Shown here in pieces: positions 1-11,300 of a DNA stretch of 64,000 bases. The stretch's first letter is position 1, and the number at the start of each line of letters is the position of its first letter. The notes under the pieces are model-generated. The model was not told where the DNA came from. It did not search any database and was given only the letters and a program-made list of their open reading frames with translations. This DNA is from Deltaproteobacteria bacterium (GTDB taxonomy: Bacteria; SAR324; NAC60-12). The translations under genes were made by a program, and so were the position numbers. The DNA lies in the NCBI GenBank assembly GCA_038150265.1, contig JAYOTF010000004.1:70760-134759 (forward strand), in the 5' to 3' direction.

Positions 1-481
1 GTTTCAGGTACGGATGCAGCCGAGTCAGAAACTCCGGACTCATCAGGCGGTTCTTGGCATGCCCTTTTTTGGGCCAGGGGTCCGGAAAGTTCACATGAAG
101 CACATCCAGTGACTCAGGCGTCAGGTAGTCATCCAGGAACTCCCCGCGCTCCCGCAGCAGCAGCACGTTGGCCAGACCGCCTCGCTTGAGCTTGCGAGCG
201 GCCAGGGCCAGGCGCTTGTAGCGCAGCTCCATGCCCAGAAACAGATCCTGCGGATGCGCTTCAGCCCAGCGAATCAGGTACCGTCCGGAGCCACAGCCAA
301 TTTCCAGATGCAGGCGCTCAGGCGCATGCTCCGCCTGCCAGGCGGGAAACGCCTTTGGGTCCGGGTGCACCCAGATCCACTCCGGGTACTCATACACCTC
401 CTTGAGGTAGGGATTGTTTTGAGTCTGCCGCAGAAACTCTTCCGGGTCCTGGGTCCGGACATCAGGAGTACGGTAACGCAT
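1..481 (-). CDS. trmB: tRNA (guanine-N7)-methyltransferase, partial (3' end runs off the window)
   Basis: Manual translation (absent from the ORF track): MRYRTPD...LEIGCGSGRYL...FLGMELRYKR...VNFPDPWPKKGHAKNRL. Contains the SAM motif EIGCGxG and the TrmB FPDPWPK motif. Confidence 0.92.
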   Translation of the reverse strand, partial: MRYRTPDVRTQDPEEFLRQTQNNPYLKEVYEYPEWIWVHPDPKAFPAWQAEHAPERLHLEIGCGSGRYLIRWAEAHPQDLFLGMELRYKRLALAARKLKRGGLANVLLLRERGEFLDDYLTPESLDVLHVNFPDPWPKKGHAKNRLMSPEFLTRLHPYLK

Positions 482-1140
482 TGAAGAAAAAAGAGATTAC
501 AGTTGGTTGGAAGGTCAAGCAGGTTCGCTTTCTGGAAAGTGGGGAAGTCGTGGTTGATTTTGCTGATGACGCCCCGTCAGCGCGGCTGGACTACCTGGCC
601 TGGAGCGACCTGGCTCTGCCCCGGGAGGAAGCGATCACCTCCGAGCAGCATGCTCAGCTGGAAGCCGCCGTCTGGCGCTGGACGGTCCGGGAACGCGCGC
701 TGGCCCTGCTGGCGTCTCGCGAACACTCACGCTGGGAGCTGCGCCAGAAGCTCCGGCAGCGCTTTGACGCCCCGGAGTTGATCGACACCTGCCTGGACGA
801 CTTGCAGGAACGCGGTTACCAGAGCGATGAACGCTTTGCCCGGAGCTTCCTGGAGTCTCGCCTGCACTCACGCGACCAGGGGCCCTTCCGGCTGGTCGGG
901 GAGCTGCAGCAGCGTGGCATCTCCCGGGAACTGGCGGAGCGCCTGCTTGGCCAGCACCAGAGCCCGTCCCTGTGGCTCGAAAAAGCCCGCCGCGCGCGGG
1001 ACAAGGCCCTCAAGCGTCTGAAGCCCGGACAGCCTCAGCACAACCTCTGGAACAAGCTCTACCAGCAGGGCTTCTCCCGTGACATCATTGAGCAGGTCAT
1101 GGGCGAGCTTCCGGATGACGCGGACGCGCGCTTTTCCTAA
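481..1140 (+). CDS. recX: Regulatory protein RecX (start uncertain: TTG 481 or GTG 550)
   Basis: ALALLASREHSRWELRQKL, GYQSDERFARSF, GPFRLVGELQQRGI and LYQQGFS are RecX three-helix repeat motifs. Confidence 0.88.
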   Translation: MKKKEITVGWKVKQVRFLESGEVVVDFADDAPSARLDYLAWSDLALPREEAITSEQHAQLEAAVWRWTVRERALALLASREHSRWELRQKLRQRFDAPELIDTCLDDLQERGYQSDERFARSFLESRLHSRDQGPFRLVGELQQRGISRELAERLLGQHQSPSLWLEKARRARDKALKRLKPGQPQHNLWNKLYQQGFSRDIIEQVMGELPDDADARFS

Positions 1141-2285
1141 AGGCTCCGGCCGATCAGCTCCTTCATGACCTCGTTGCTGCCCCCGTAAATTTTCTGGACG
1201 CGCGCGTCAGTGTACATGCGGGCAATCGGGTACTCGTTCATGTATCCGTACCCTCCATGAAGCTGCAGGCAGGCGTCCACGATTTCATTCTGCTTCTGGG
1301 TGCACCACCACTTTGCCATTGAGGCCGTTTCGTTGTCCAGCTCCCCCCGGCACAGGCGCTCAATGCAGGAGTCCAGAAAGACCCGGGCAATGTGCGTCTC
1401 GGTCTTGCATTCGGCCAGGGTGAAGCGAACGGTCTGCAGGTCCAGGAGTCGTTTGCCAAACGCCTCGCGGTTCCGGGTGTGTTCCACCGTGATGGCCACC
1501 GCATGCTCCATCGCCGCAACGCCCGCCACTGCCAGGGCCAGACGCTCCTGCGGAAGCTGCTGCATGAGGTAGTAGAAGCCCTTGCCTTCCTCGCCCAGCA
1601 GATTGGCAACGGGCACCCGCGCATCGTCAAAGAACAGCTCCGAGGTGTCTGCCGCCTTCATGCCCATCTTGTCAAGGTTCCGGCCCCGCTGGAATCCGGG
1701 CGTGTTTTCGGTCTCCACCACCAAAATGGAGATGTTCCGGGAGCCCTTGCCTTCTCCGGTCTTCACACAGAGCAGAATCAGGTCGGCATGCTGTCCATTC
1801 GTGATGAAGGTCTTGGCGCCATTGACCACATAGGTGTCGCCCTCTCGGACCGCTCGGGTCTGGATGTTCTGCAGGTCCGAGCCGGCCCCGGGTTCGCTCA
1901 TGGCAATCGCAGACACCCGCTCGCCCGAGGCCAGTTGCGGCAACCAGCGCTGCTTCTGCTCCTCAGTGCCGTAGTGCAGCAGGTAGTGCGGACAGATGGT
2001 GCTGTGCACCGGGTACCCCAGGTTTCCGCCGATACCGGATTTTTCGAGCTCCTCAATGACCACGGCTTCATGCGCAAAGGTGCCCCCCACGCCCCCATAC
2101 GCTTCCGGAATGCTTGGCAGCAGCAGGCCCATCTCTCCGGCCTGATTCCAGGCCTCGCGGTCCACCTGTCCCTGCGCCAGCCAGCCCTCAAGCCTGGGGA
2201 CAAATTCACGCTCCAGAAACTTGCGGGTGGTCTCGCGGAGCAGGCGCAGTTCCTCCGTTTCCCAAGTCGGGGTATAGGCTTTCAT
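1137..2285 (-). CDS. Acyl-CoA dehydrogenase (long-chain-like)
   Basis: IAMSEPGAGSDLQ, NGAKTFITNG, LQLHGGYGYMNEYPIARMYTDARVQKIYGGSNE. Confidence 0.95.
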   Translation of the reverse strand: MKAYTPTWETEELRLLRETTRKFLEREFVPRLEGWLAQGQVDREAWNQAGEMGLLLPSIPEAYGGVGGTFAHEAVVIEELEKSGIGGNLGYPVHSTICPHYLLHYGTEEQKQRWLPQLASGERVSAIAMSEPGAGSDLQNIQTRAVREGDTYVVNGAKTFITNGQHADLILLCVKTGEGKGSRNISILVVETENTPGFQRGRNLDKMGMKAADTSELFFDDARVPVANLLGEEGKGFYYLMQQLPQERLALAVAGVAAMEHAVAITVEHTRNREAFGKRLLDLQTVRFTLAECKTETHIARVFLDSCIERLCRGELDNETASMAKWWCTQKQNEIVDACLQLHGGYGYMNEYPIARMYTDARVQKIYGGSNEVMKELIGRSL

Positions 2286-2361
2286 GATGCAACTCCGTAA
2301 AATGATGGCAGGCGCGGGTTCTCCCGCAGTAGCTTAAGTGCAACCCCCAAAAAGAACAACC

Positions 2362-3234
2362 ATGGAACCTCCTGCTCCGTTCTACCTGGGATGCCCCGAG
2401 TGGGCCAATGCCGACTGGCGCGGAAGCCTCTTTCCGGAAGGGGCCAAACCTGCGGACTTCCTCCGCGGGTACGCCTCCGTCTTCAATACCGTTGAAGGCA
2501 ACACCACCTTTTACGCCTTGCCCCGAGCCGAGATCATCGCCCGCTGGAAGGACGAAACTCCGGAGACCTTTCGCTTCTGCCTGAAGATGCCCCAGCGGCT
2601 TTCGCATGAACTCCGGCTGCAGGGCGTCGAGGCCGACCTGACCCAGATGTTCCGGACCTTTGCTCCGCTGGAGAGCCGGCTGGGCCCCTTGTTCCTGCAA
2701 CTCCCAGCGTCGTTTGGCCCCCGGGACCTTCCGGCGCTTGAGGCCTTTCTGGAGCAGCTTTCTGCCGACTTCCGCTATGCCGTCGAGGTTCGGCACCCGG
2801 AGTTCTTTTCCCGAGGTCCGGCCGAAAACCGGCTCGATGCCCTCCTGCAGCGGCACCAAGTGGCACGGATGGTCTTTGACACCACCGAGCTGTATTCCAG
2901 CACCGAGACGGATCCGGACACGCGTGAGGCCCAGCGCAAGAAACCACGGGTGGCGTTCCGGGACACCGTGACCACCGACCACGCGCTGGTCCGTTACGTT
3001 GGGCACCTGGAGGACTCGCGGAACCTGCCGGCGCTCCACCGCTGGGCCGATCAGGTCGCCCGCTGGATTCAGGCGGGCCTCACCCCGTGGTTCTTTGTGC
3101 ACACGCCGGGGGACCGGACGGCTCCGGAGCTGGCCCAGACGTTTCACCAGCTTGTTCGGCAGCGGCTCCCAGAGCTTCCGGAGCTGCCCGCATTTCCGCA
3201 GGATCCGGAGGCCGCCCAGCTGAGCCTCTTCTGA
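2362..3234 (+). CDS. DUF72 (YecE-like) family protein
   Basis: YASVFNTVEGNTTFYALP, FRFCLKMP, LFLQLPASF, AVEVRHPEFF, FFVHTP. Confidence 0.88.
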   Translation: MEPPAPFYLGCPEWANADWRGSLFPEGAKPADFLRGYASVFNTVEGNTTFYALPRAEIIARWKDETPETFRFCLKMPQRLSHELRLQGVEADLTQMFRTFAPLESRLGPLFLQLPASFGPRDLPALEAFLEQLSADFRYAVEVRHPEFFSRGPAENRLDALLQRHQVARMVFDTTELYSSTETDPDTREAQRKKPRVAFRDTVTTDHALVRYVGHLEDSRNLPALHRWADQVARWIQAGLTPWFFVHTPGDRTAPELAQTFHQLVRQRLPELPELPAFPQDPEAAQLSLF

Positions 3235-3240
3235 AACGCG

Positions 3241-4545
3241 CTACCAGTACCGCAGCGCCCCCTGAAACAGGTCCCGGACATCGGCTTCACTGAGCGGCAA
3301 TGGCGCATTGACCAGCAGGCGCTGCTGCGCCCATGCCCGTTCCGTGAGGGCAGGCAGGTCGGCTTCGGTGTAGCCCAGCCCGGAAATGCCATTGGGCAGC
3401 TGGGCCTGCTGCATGAGGTGGATCACTTGCTGCGCCAGGGCTTCTCCGGCATCCGCTCGCGCCACGTCTCGGATGTCCATGCCCAGCGCCTCTGCCGCCT
3501 GCAGGTGACGCTCTGGACACGCGGGGCCGGTCTTCCGAAACACGGCGGGCGCATTGACGATGACCGACGTTCCATGCGGCACCATCGCATGATCGCCCGG
3601 CCAGCCATCCGGAGGCAGCTCCTTGGCCAGCCCCGCCACCGCATACGACATCCCATGCGGAACATGGCACCCCGCGTTGCCAAAACCAATCCCGGCCAGC
3701 ATCCCCGCAAACATCAGCCCCTCCAGCGGCTCCAAGGCCTCCGGATCCGCCAGGGACGGCAGCAGGTGCTCGCCAATCAGACGGATGGAGCGCAGGCAAG
3801 CCAGGTCGCTGTAGGGGTTCGCCCCTTGACTAAGCGGGCGCTGAGTCGGCGTCTCCGGAGCCGGGCGGTGCGTAAAGGGGCGGGCCGTCACCGACTCACA
3901 GGCATGGCTGAAGACATCCAGCCCGTTTGCCGCCCGGACCGCTGGGGGCAGCGTCTGCAGCGCCGACGGATCCAACACCCCCAGGCTCGGACGAAGCGCT
4001 GCGTGCGAGATTCCGGACTTCACTCCCAGCTCCAGAAAATCACAGATCGCAATGCCTGTGCACTCGCTGGCCGTCCCAAACGTCGTGGGGCAAGCAATGT
4101 GAGGCTTCAGCGGTCCCGGAACCGGCTGGGCGCGTCCAATCGGAGCGTTGACGTAGGCAAACAGGTCTTCGGGCCACGTCGAGTAGAGGTTTGCCGCCTT
4201 TGCCGTGTCCATGCACGAGCCGCCTCCGACTGAGAGAAAGCCATCAAAGCGTCCCTCCTGCGCAAAGCGGGCACCGGCCTGGAAGGCCCGGTCGGTTGGC
4301 TCCACCTCAACTTCAGCAAACACGGCCACATCCAGCCCTTCGCGCTCCAGTGCCTTCCGGACCGTTTCCACGGGCTCCAGGTGCTGCACCCGCGGGTCGG
4401 TGAACAGCGCCACTCGGGTCATCCCGAGCGCCTTTGCATCCGCTCCAACCTCCTGGAGCGCGCCCCAGCCGAATTTGATCTTGGGGGCTTCCACGGTGAA
4501 GGCACGGTCGCCGCCTTCGCTGAAGGAAAAGTAAGCGTCCAGCAT
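3241..4545 (-). CDS. Hydroxyacid-oxoacid transhydrogenase (iron-containing ADH family)
   Basis: SVGGGSCMDTAKAANLY, YVNAPIG, PTTFGTASECTG, GFGNAGCHVPHGMSY, PHG. AAGGAGG RBS upstream. Confidence 0.88.
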   Translation of the reverse strand: MLDAYFSFSEGGDRAFTVEAPKIKFGWGALQEVGADAKALGMTRVALFTDPRVQHLEPVETVRKALEREGLDVAVFAEVEVEPTDRAFQAGARFAQEGRFDGFLSVGGGSCMDTAKAANLYSTWPEDLFAYVNAPIGRAQPVPGPLKPHIACPTTFGTASECTGIAICDFLELGVKSGISHAALRPSLGVLDPSALQTLPPAVRAANGLDVFSHACESVTARPFTHRPAPETPTQRPLSQGANPYSDLACLRSIRLIGEHLLPSLADPEALEPLEGLMFAGMLAGIGFGNAGCHVPHGMSYAVAGLAKELPPDGWPGDHAMVPHGTSVIVNAPAVFRKTGPACPERHLQAAEALGMDIRDVARADAGEALAQQVIHLMQQAQLPNGISGLGYTEADLPALTERAWAQQRLLVNAPLPLSEADVRDLFQGALRYW

Positions 4546-4602
4546 GGTTCCTCCTTGGAAATCAGGTGAGAGGGGGATCTGACGATCCCGTTGGGCGGGA
4601 AA

Positions 4603-7600
4603 TCAGGTGGCTTCCGGAGCCGTGTAGCCTGCAGGCGCGACGCCCACTTGGTTGCCGCCTTGCTCCTGAGCGAGGTCAACGGCATGCTCCACCGCCAGGA
4701 TCAGGTTCTTGCGGGTCAGGGAGTCGGTCAGCGCTTCCGGATAAGACGCCACCCCCATGGTCACGCTGACCTTGAAGTGTGTGTCCTTCCAGACAAAGTC
4801 GAAGGCCTGGATGTCATCGTGGATCTTCTGGGCAAAGTCCTGGGCGGCGATGGAGTCCATGCCCTTCATGGCCACAATCAGCTTCTCACCAAAGTAGCGG
4901 GACGGGATGTCGCTCTTCCGGCAGTGATTCTGGACCAGGGTCGCCAGCTGCTTGATGACGTAGTCGCCCCCTTCAAACCCGTGGGTGTTGTTGACGTCCC
5001 GGAAGTGGTCAGGATCCACCAGCACCAGAGACAGCGGCGTTTGCCGCTTGCGGGCTTCCTTGATCAGCCCTTCCACATGCTGGGAGAAGGACTCACGGGT
5101 GGCCAGCTGCGTCAGCTCGTCCAGCTCGATCTTCTGGCTACCGGCATCCTGCTCGGCAGCCTCCAGCAGGTCTTCCACCGTCAGGGTTTCGCCTTCGCTG
5201 TCAGGGAAGGCGCCAACTCCGACACAGACGGACACATGGAAGGTCTTGTCCTCCCAGGTAAACTCGTGCTCATTGATGAGCCGCTTCACCTTGTTGGCGT
5301 AGCTCTGTGCCGCCTGTCGGTCGAGGTTCGGCAACGCAATGATGACCTTCTCACCATGGTAACGGGCCGGGACGTCAGACTTGCGGGCTTGCTCCTGCAC
5401 CACCTGGGCAAAGGTCCGGATCACCTCGTCGCCACACTCGAAGCCGTACTTGTCGTTCACCAGGTGGAAGTTATCCGGATCCACCACCACCACAGAGAGG
5501 GGGTTGTCGCTCTGCTGCGCCTTGGCCAGCAGGTCACCGAGGGTGCGCATGAAGTAGGCCCGGTTCGGAAGCTGGGTCAGGTCGTCGGTGTAGTTGTCAA
5601 TGGCGGCATCCACCTGGTTGCCCCCCTTCTCCTGGGCCAGCTCCACGGCATTCTCAGCGGCCAGCACGAGGTTCTTGCGGGTCAGGTTGTCCTTGAGCAC
5701 CTCCGGATACGAAGCCACCCCGAGGGTCACGGGCACACTGAAGTGCTCCCCACGCCAGATGAAGTCGTAGTCCATGATGTCGCGGTGGATCTGGTTCGCA
5801 AAGTCCATTGCGGCGGCGGTGTCCAGATTCCGGAGCACGACAATGATCTTCTCGCCAAAGTAACGGGCCGGGATGTCGCTCTTGCGGGTATGCTTCTTGA
5901 CCATCTTCGCCAGTTCCTGAATGACGTAGTCGCCCCCCTCAAATCCGTAGGCATTGTTGATGTTCTTGAAGCTGTCCGGATCCACCAGCACCACCGCGAG
6001 GGCATGCTGCTTCTTCTTCGCCTCCTCGGCCAGGTCGTCAAAGAGCCGGTTGAAGGTGTCGCGGGTGGCCAGCTGGGTCAGCTGATCGATCTCGATCTTC
6101 TGGGAACCGGCATCCTTTTCTGCGGCGGCAATCAGCCCCTCCACACTCAGGTTCTCCTCACCGATGTCCGGATACGACCCCACTCCGACGCTAACGGTGA
6201 CCCGGAACATCTTGTCTTCCCACACAAACTCGTGCTCATTGATCAGGCGCTGCACCTGCTGTGCGTAGTTGCGGGCGGCCTCGAGGTCGAGGTTCGGAAG
6301 GGCAATGATGACCTTTTCCCCGGTGTAGCGAGCGGGAACGTCCGCCTTGCGGGCATGGCGCTTGACGACCTCGGCAAAAGTCCGGATGACTTCATCGCCA
6401 CACTCAAACCCATACTTGTCGTTGACGAGGTGGAAGTTGTCTGGATCCACCAGCACCACCGACAGAGCGCCCTTGGTGCGCTGCGAGCGGGCCACAAAGT
6501 CGCCCAGACGCCGGAGGAAGAAGTCGTGGTCGAAGAGCTTGGTGAGGTCGTCGATGTCTTCCGGACGGACCTGCTGGAAGCCCTTGATGTGGATGTTGCC
6601 CAGCAGCTTCTTGGCCAGGTTCTGGAACGGTTCAACCGTCAGACCGACCGCGACCAGGAGCACCACCTTGAAGTAGAAGGAGTCTTCGGCCAGGTCGTCC
6701 ACATAGGGCTCTGTGGTCGCATCCAGAAACGCGAACAGGACCATGACCACGACCGCAACAATGTAGTCGGAGATGTTTTCGGAGTACCCCATGCCCCGGA
6801 GCACACCGGAGATGAGGAGCAGCACCATCAGGAAGCCCAGCTGTGCCGAGTAGAACCACCACGTTTCATACCAGGGGGGCTCCACCACAAAGGTGAAGGA
6901 CACCGGTTCACTCCGGGCCCCATCCTTCCGCATGGCCTTGACGTGGAAGACGTACTCCTTCCAGGTCAGGTTCGTGTATTCGCGGAAGGGGCGTATCGAC
7001 CACTTGGACCAGTCATCCTCCATCCCTTCAAGGTAGGTCTGGTACATGACGTCGCTCGGGTAGGTGTAGTCGTTCGAGGTAAAGGTAAAGCGAACGGCGT
7101 TCTGCTCATAGGGCAGGATCCGGGTCGTCAGCGGAGACTCGTTCCGGACCGCAATCCCACCGAGTTCCTTGAAGAAGTTTCCGGCAAAGAGGTTCACCTC
7201 GTCCTGGATGCTCTCCACCTGCCGAATGAGGGGGGTGAACTCCGGATCCTCTCGCACCAGCGGGGGGCGGGCCGAGACAAACATCTCCACATCTGGAGGA
7301 ACCGTCGGGGGCTCTTCCAGGGGGATGAAGGCATAGACACCGGCGCTGCTCGCGAGCCAGGTGTTGTCCTTGAGGTCCTGAAAGATGCTGAAGACGTTCT
7401 GCTCCGGGATGTGCATCTTCTCCAGCACCGTCACCGTCTCTTCATTGAAGTCGAGGCGGACAATGCCCACTCGGTCCACCGCAAGCAGAAACACGCCGGG
7501 CGACACCTCGGTTCGGGCGGTCACCAGGTGGTTCTCAAAGACGTCCTGATTTTCGTACTCCAAAAACGTAAAGGCTTCCCGCTCCGGAGTGCCTTCATTC

Positions 7601-8319
7601 GCCGGGGAGTCAAGAGCCGGGTCATACAGAAGCAGGCCCTTGTCCTGAGTCACCAGCAGCAGGCGCCCGCCCGGAAACGGCAGCATGGCGTGAGCCAGGA
7701 AGAAGTTCCCCTCCGGGACGTTGCGCAGAACCCCATCCACAATGCGCATCAGACCATAGTCGCTGTCCAGGACGTAGAGGGTGTCGCCGATGGGGGTCAC
7801 CTTGTAGAGGTAGCCCTCGGTTTCAATTTGGGTAAACACCCCATCCTTGTAGCGCAGCAGCAGCTGCTCGAACAGGAACAGCAGCTCGCCATCCGGACGC
7901 TTCAGGCTCTCCAGCAGCGGCCCCAGCAGCTCCCAGTCCTCCACCTGAATCTGGTCCTTGAGGGAGATATACGTGGTTTAGCCGTCGCTGTTCGGCGGCA
8001 GGTAGCCCAGCTCGCCGTAGCCCCCGACAAATACCCGTCCGTTGTCATCGGTGATCAGGCTGGAGCCCCCGCCATCACCAGGCATCTTGATGAGCCGCCA
8101 GGTGCTGCTGTCAAACTCATAGACCCCATTGAAGGTCGCAAAGTACATCACCCCACGGGAATCCTGAGTGGCATCCCACACCACGGGCTCCGCCTCGTAG
8201 TTGGCCACCGCGTACTGGCGCAACACGCCCACGTCCCAGCGGTCAAACGCCTGGGCGCTGCCTCCGAGCAGGAGGAGCAAGGTGATGATGATCCCGAATC
8301 CGTATCCCCAGCGCTTCAT
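4603..8319 (-). pseudogene. Membrane receptor of about 1238 codons: signal peptide, beta-propeller, Y_Y_Y domain, 3 TM helices and 4 degenerate GGDEF domains; interrupted by an in-frame TAA at 7978-7980
   Basis: ORFs 7978-8319 and 4603-7944 are in one frame, with 11 sense codons between them after the TAA. Propeller motif QDSRGVMYFATFNGVYEFD; Y_Y_Y motif YQTYLEGMEDDWSKWS..REYTNL...YVFHVKA..PPWYETWW; four GGDEF folds with TGEKV/FGEKI/HGEKV/FGEKL. Confidence 0.8.
4645..6552 (-). repeat. Intragenic tandem duplication with a 966-bp period (copies about 5611-6552 and 4645-5586), each copy encoding two GGDEF-like domains
   Basis: Matching motifs are offset by exactly 966 nt: gccacactc at 6397/5431, gtagtcgccccc at 5926/4960, DDLT codons at 6552/5586, GGNQV at 5611/4645. 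Confidence 0.9.
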
Positions 8320-11300
8320 TTACTCAATCTCAAAGGTGATGAAACGGGTGGAACGGTTGTTGACCCAGTCGTCAACCTGAATGTCGAGGGTGATGCTCCC
8401 CCGGATGGGGAGGCGGCTGATGGCCCGGCGGTACAGGCGTTTGTTGCGACCATTCAGGGAATAGAACACCTCCCGAACTCCACTTTGCGGATCCTTGGTG
8501 TCAATGTGCAGCAGGCTGCCCCGTCTGATGAAGAACTTCCCGTCACTTTCCCGGAAGGGCGGCGTGCTGCGGATCGCCACTTCCGGGTTGGTGGCATCGA
8601 CCATGAAGCTCAGGGATTTCTGTTCCTCGGTGTTGCCCACCTCATCGACCGAGTAGTAGCTCAGCTCGTACCGTCCAGTTTCCTTGATGCGGATGGGCCC
8701 CTTGTACGGCTGCTGCTTGCCGCCGTTGATGCGGTAGACCGTTTGGCGGATGCCCGCTCCTCCATCAGAAGCCAGGAGGCGGATCTCGGTGTCCGCATTG
8801 AGGTACAGCTCCCCCCGGTACAGGTACTGCGTGCCCACCACCTCATGAGACGTCACCGGAGCGGTCAGGTCGAGGTAGAAGTCCTTCGATTGCCGAGGAG
8901 TCGTGTTTCCCACCCGATCCAGCGAGCTGAAGGAGATGGTGTGCCGGCGCTCCACCTCCGGAAGCCCGAAGGTGTTGGTGTACGGCTCCATCTCGCCCGT
9001 GTCAAAGGCATAGAGGATCTTGAGGACTTCGCTGGACTTTTCCTTGGCACTGAGCGAGAAGGTCGTGGTCCGAGAGACATAGGTCCGGCCATTGTTCGCA
9101 AGGTGCTGCTCGCCCCGGACCCGCAACGAAACGGCAGGAGGCTCGTGGTCCAGCGAGAAGTTCAGCTTCCGGACCGTCTCCTTGTTCCCCACTTCATCGA
9201 CCGCGTAGTAGGTCAGCAGGTGGTCGCCTTCCGGCAGGTTCCGGAGGGTCGCTGCCGTCAGCGGACGTCGATAGAGCTGCTCGGTGCCGTTGTCAAAGGA
9301 GTAGTAGATCCCGGCCACGCCCGAGAGGCCGTCGTCAGACCTCAGCTCAATGGTGGTTTGAGAGGAGAGGGTGCTTCCGAAGAAGGCGCCTTCAACCGTG
9401 TGGGTGGTCAGGGGCGGAGCCAGGTCGATGCTGAACTCCATGGAGCGCACCTTTTCGGCATTTCCCACCTTGTCCAGGGCGTAGTAGCTGACGCGGTACA
9501 CCTTCTCGCTGAAGAAGAGCTTGATCGGCTCCTCATATTCCACAAATCCGGAGCCATCAATCGAGTAATAGAGAGCTTCCACGCCCGACTGCTTTTCCTT
9601 GCCTGCATCGCGAGCCGTCAGTTCCAGCACCAGGCCTTCACTGTAGTACGTGGTGCCCCCTCGCTCAAACTTGTTGGCCCCCTTCAGGCGAGCCGTGGTT
9701 CGAGGATCCGTGTCGTCAATGTTGATCCGGAAGAGCCGCTTGGTGCCCGGAATGCCCACCCCAAGGGCCTGAGAGCCCCCCTGGCTGAAAAACAGCGACT
9801 GCGGATCCTTGTCGTCCGGATCATAGGCCATCTGGAAGTACGGAGCATCCTCTTCCGGAGAAACCGAGAGGCGGAGGAAAAACTCCAGACCCGCGGCGCC
9901 CATGAGTCCATGCTCATCGCTCACAAACCAGTGCTTGCGGTGCGAGACCCGCCCGTCGGGACCAATGGAGCTTCCGGCCGCATCGTCTCCACCCGACTCG
10001 CCGGCACCCGCCCAGCGGGCCTGATCGACGCGGACCAGCAGCACCTGTGGTTTTTCCTGATTGTTGACGTTGTCAATGGAGTAGAAGCGGATGGTGTAGT
10101 CGCCGTCTTCACTCCAGCTCAGAGGCTGATCGTACGGCTGACACTCCTGATCGTTGATGCAGATCATCGTCTTCTCCACCCGAGATTCCAGGTCGGTGGC
10201 TTCGAAGAAGATGGAGGTGCTGGGGCCAATGATGACGGTGTCATCATTCCACGACGATGACCCGGAGATGCGGTATCCGGTGGTCGGAGGGGTGCCGTCT
10301 ACGTAGACCCGCCGGCGGTAGATGCCTTCGTTTTCCGCCTTGTCGGAAACACGGGCGCCAATCCAGTGCAGCCCGGCTTTTTGAGGAGGCAGAAAGGGAT
10401 CGGTGTACGGAATCCACTCCGCATCATCCAGGTTGTAATCGAGGCTCTTGATCTCTGAAAATTCGTCGCGGGCCACCAACCGGATGGGCGATGAGCTGGA
10501 GACGTAAACCACGCCATCTTGCCGGTATTCGCGACCCTCCACCTTGATCTCCAGCTCCGGAGGCTGGTTGTCATGCTGGAAGGGCACCGTCTGCCACGCC
10601 TCAGCGTTCTTGACCCGGTCCACGGCGCTGACGTAAAGCGTGTGGGCGCCCGGAGGAATGTCCTTCATTTCCAGTGGCTTCCGGTAGACCTGCTCCTTGC
10701 CTTCATCAATGCGGTAGCGGATCCGGTCGACTCCGGAGGCCCCATCTTCGGCCTGGAGCACCAGTCGTCCTGCTGTGGCAACCGCCCGGTTCAGGTGCGG
10801 TCCTTCCGGAATCACCTGGGTCACCGGAGCCGTCAGGTCGACCACCAGGGTCAGGTCCTGAAGCGGCTCCTCGTTGCCCACATGATCGACGGAGAAGTAC
10901 TTGAAGGTGTGCACCCCATCTACGGCCAGGTTGAGCTTGAGGCCTGCGGCAGGAACGTAGGGTTTGCCTTCATACGAGACCCAGGTCTTCCAGACTCCGG
11001 AAAGGGCATCGGTGGGGACCAGCTCAAACTGGGAGTTCTGCCCAATGAAGTCGCGCTCCGGGGTTTCGTAGGAGGGGGTCTCGGGGTAGTTGGGTTGGGT
11101 TTCCGGGGGGGTGCCGTCGCCAATGACCGTGTAGGCTTCCGACTTCACCGCCAGGTTGCGGACCAGGTTTTCCCCTTCTTTCAGCGGAATGCCGCTCTGC
11201 TCCTTGGGGTCGGGAACCGAGACCGCGTCTTCCGCCTCAGGCTGGAGCGCCAACCCGAGGAAGACCGGCTGCCGCAACGGGGCATACGTGATGCCGTCAT

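Noticed and set aside
7978..8322. TAA stop-codon reassignment joining 11445->4603 into one giant protein
   Set aside because: TAA terminates many ordinary genes here, and the ATG at 8319 is followed by its own signal peptide.
4591..10260. 1889-aa plus-strand ORF
   Set aside because: It is the antisense shadow of two in-frame minus-strand genes with strong GC3 bias. It has no motifs, while the minus strand has clear domains.
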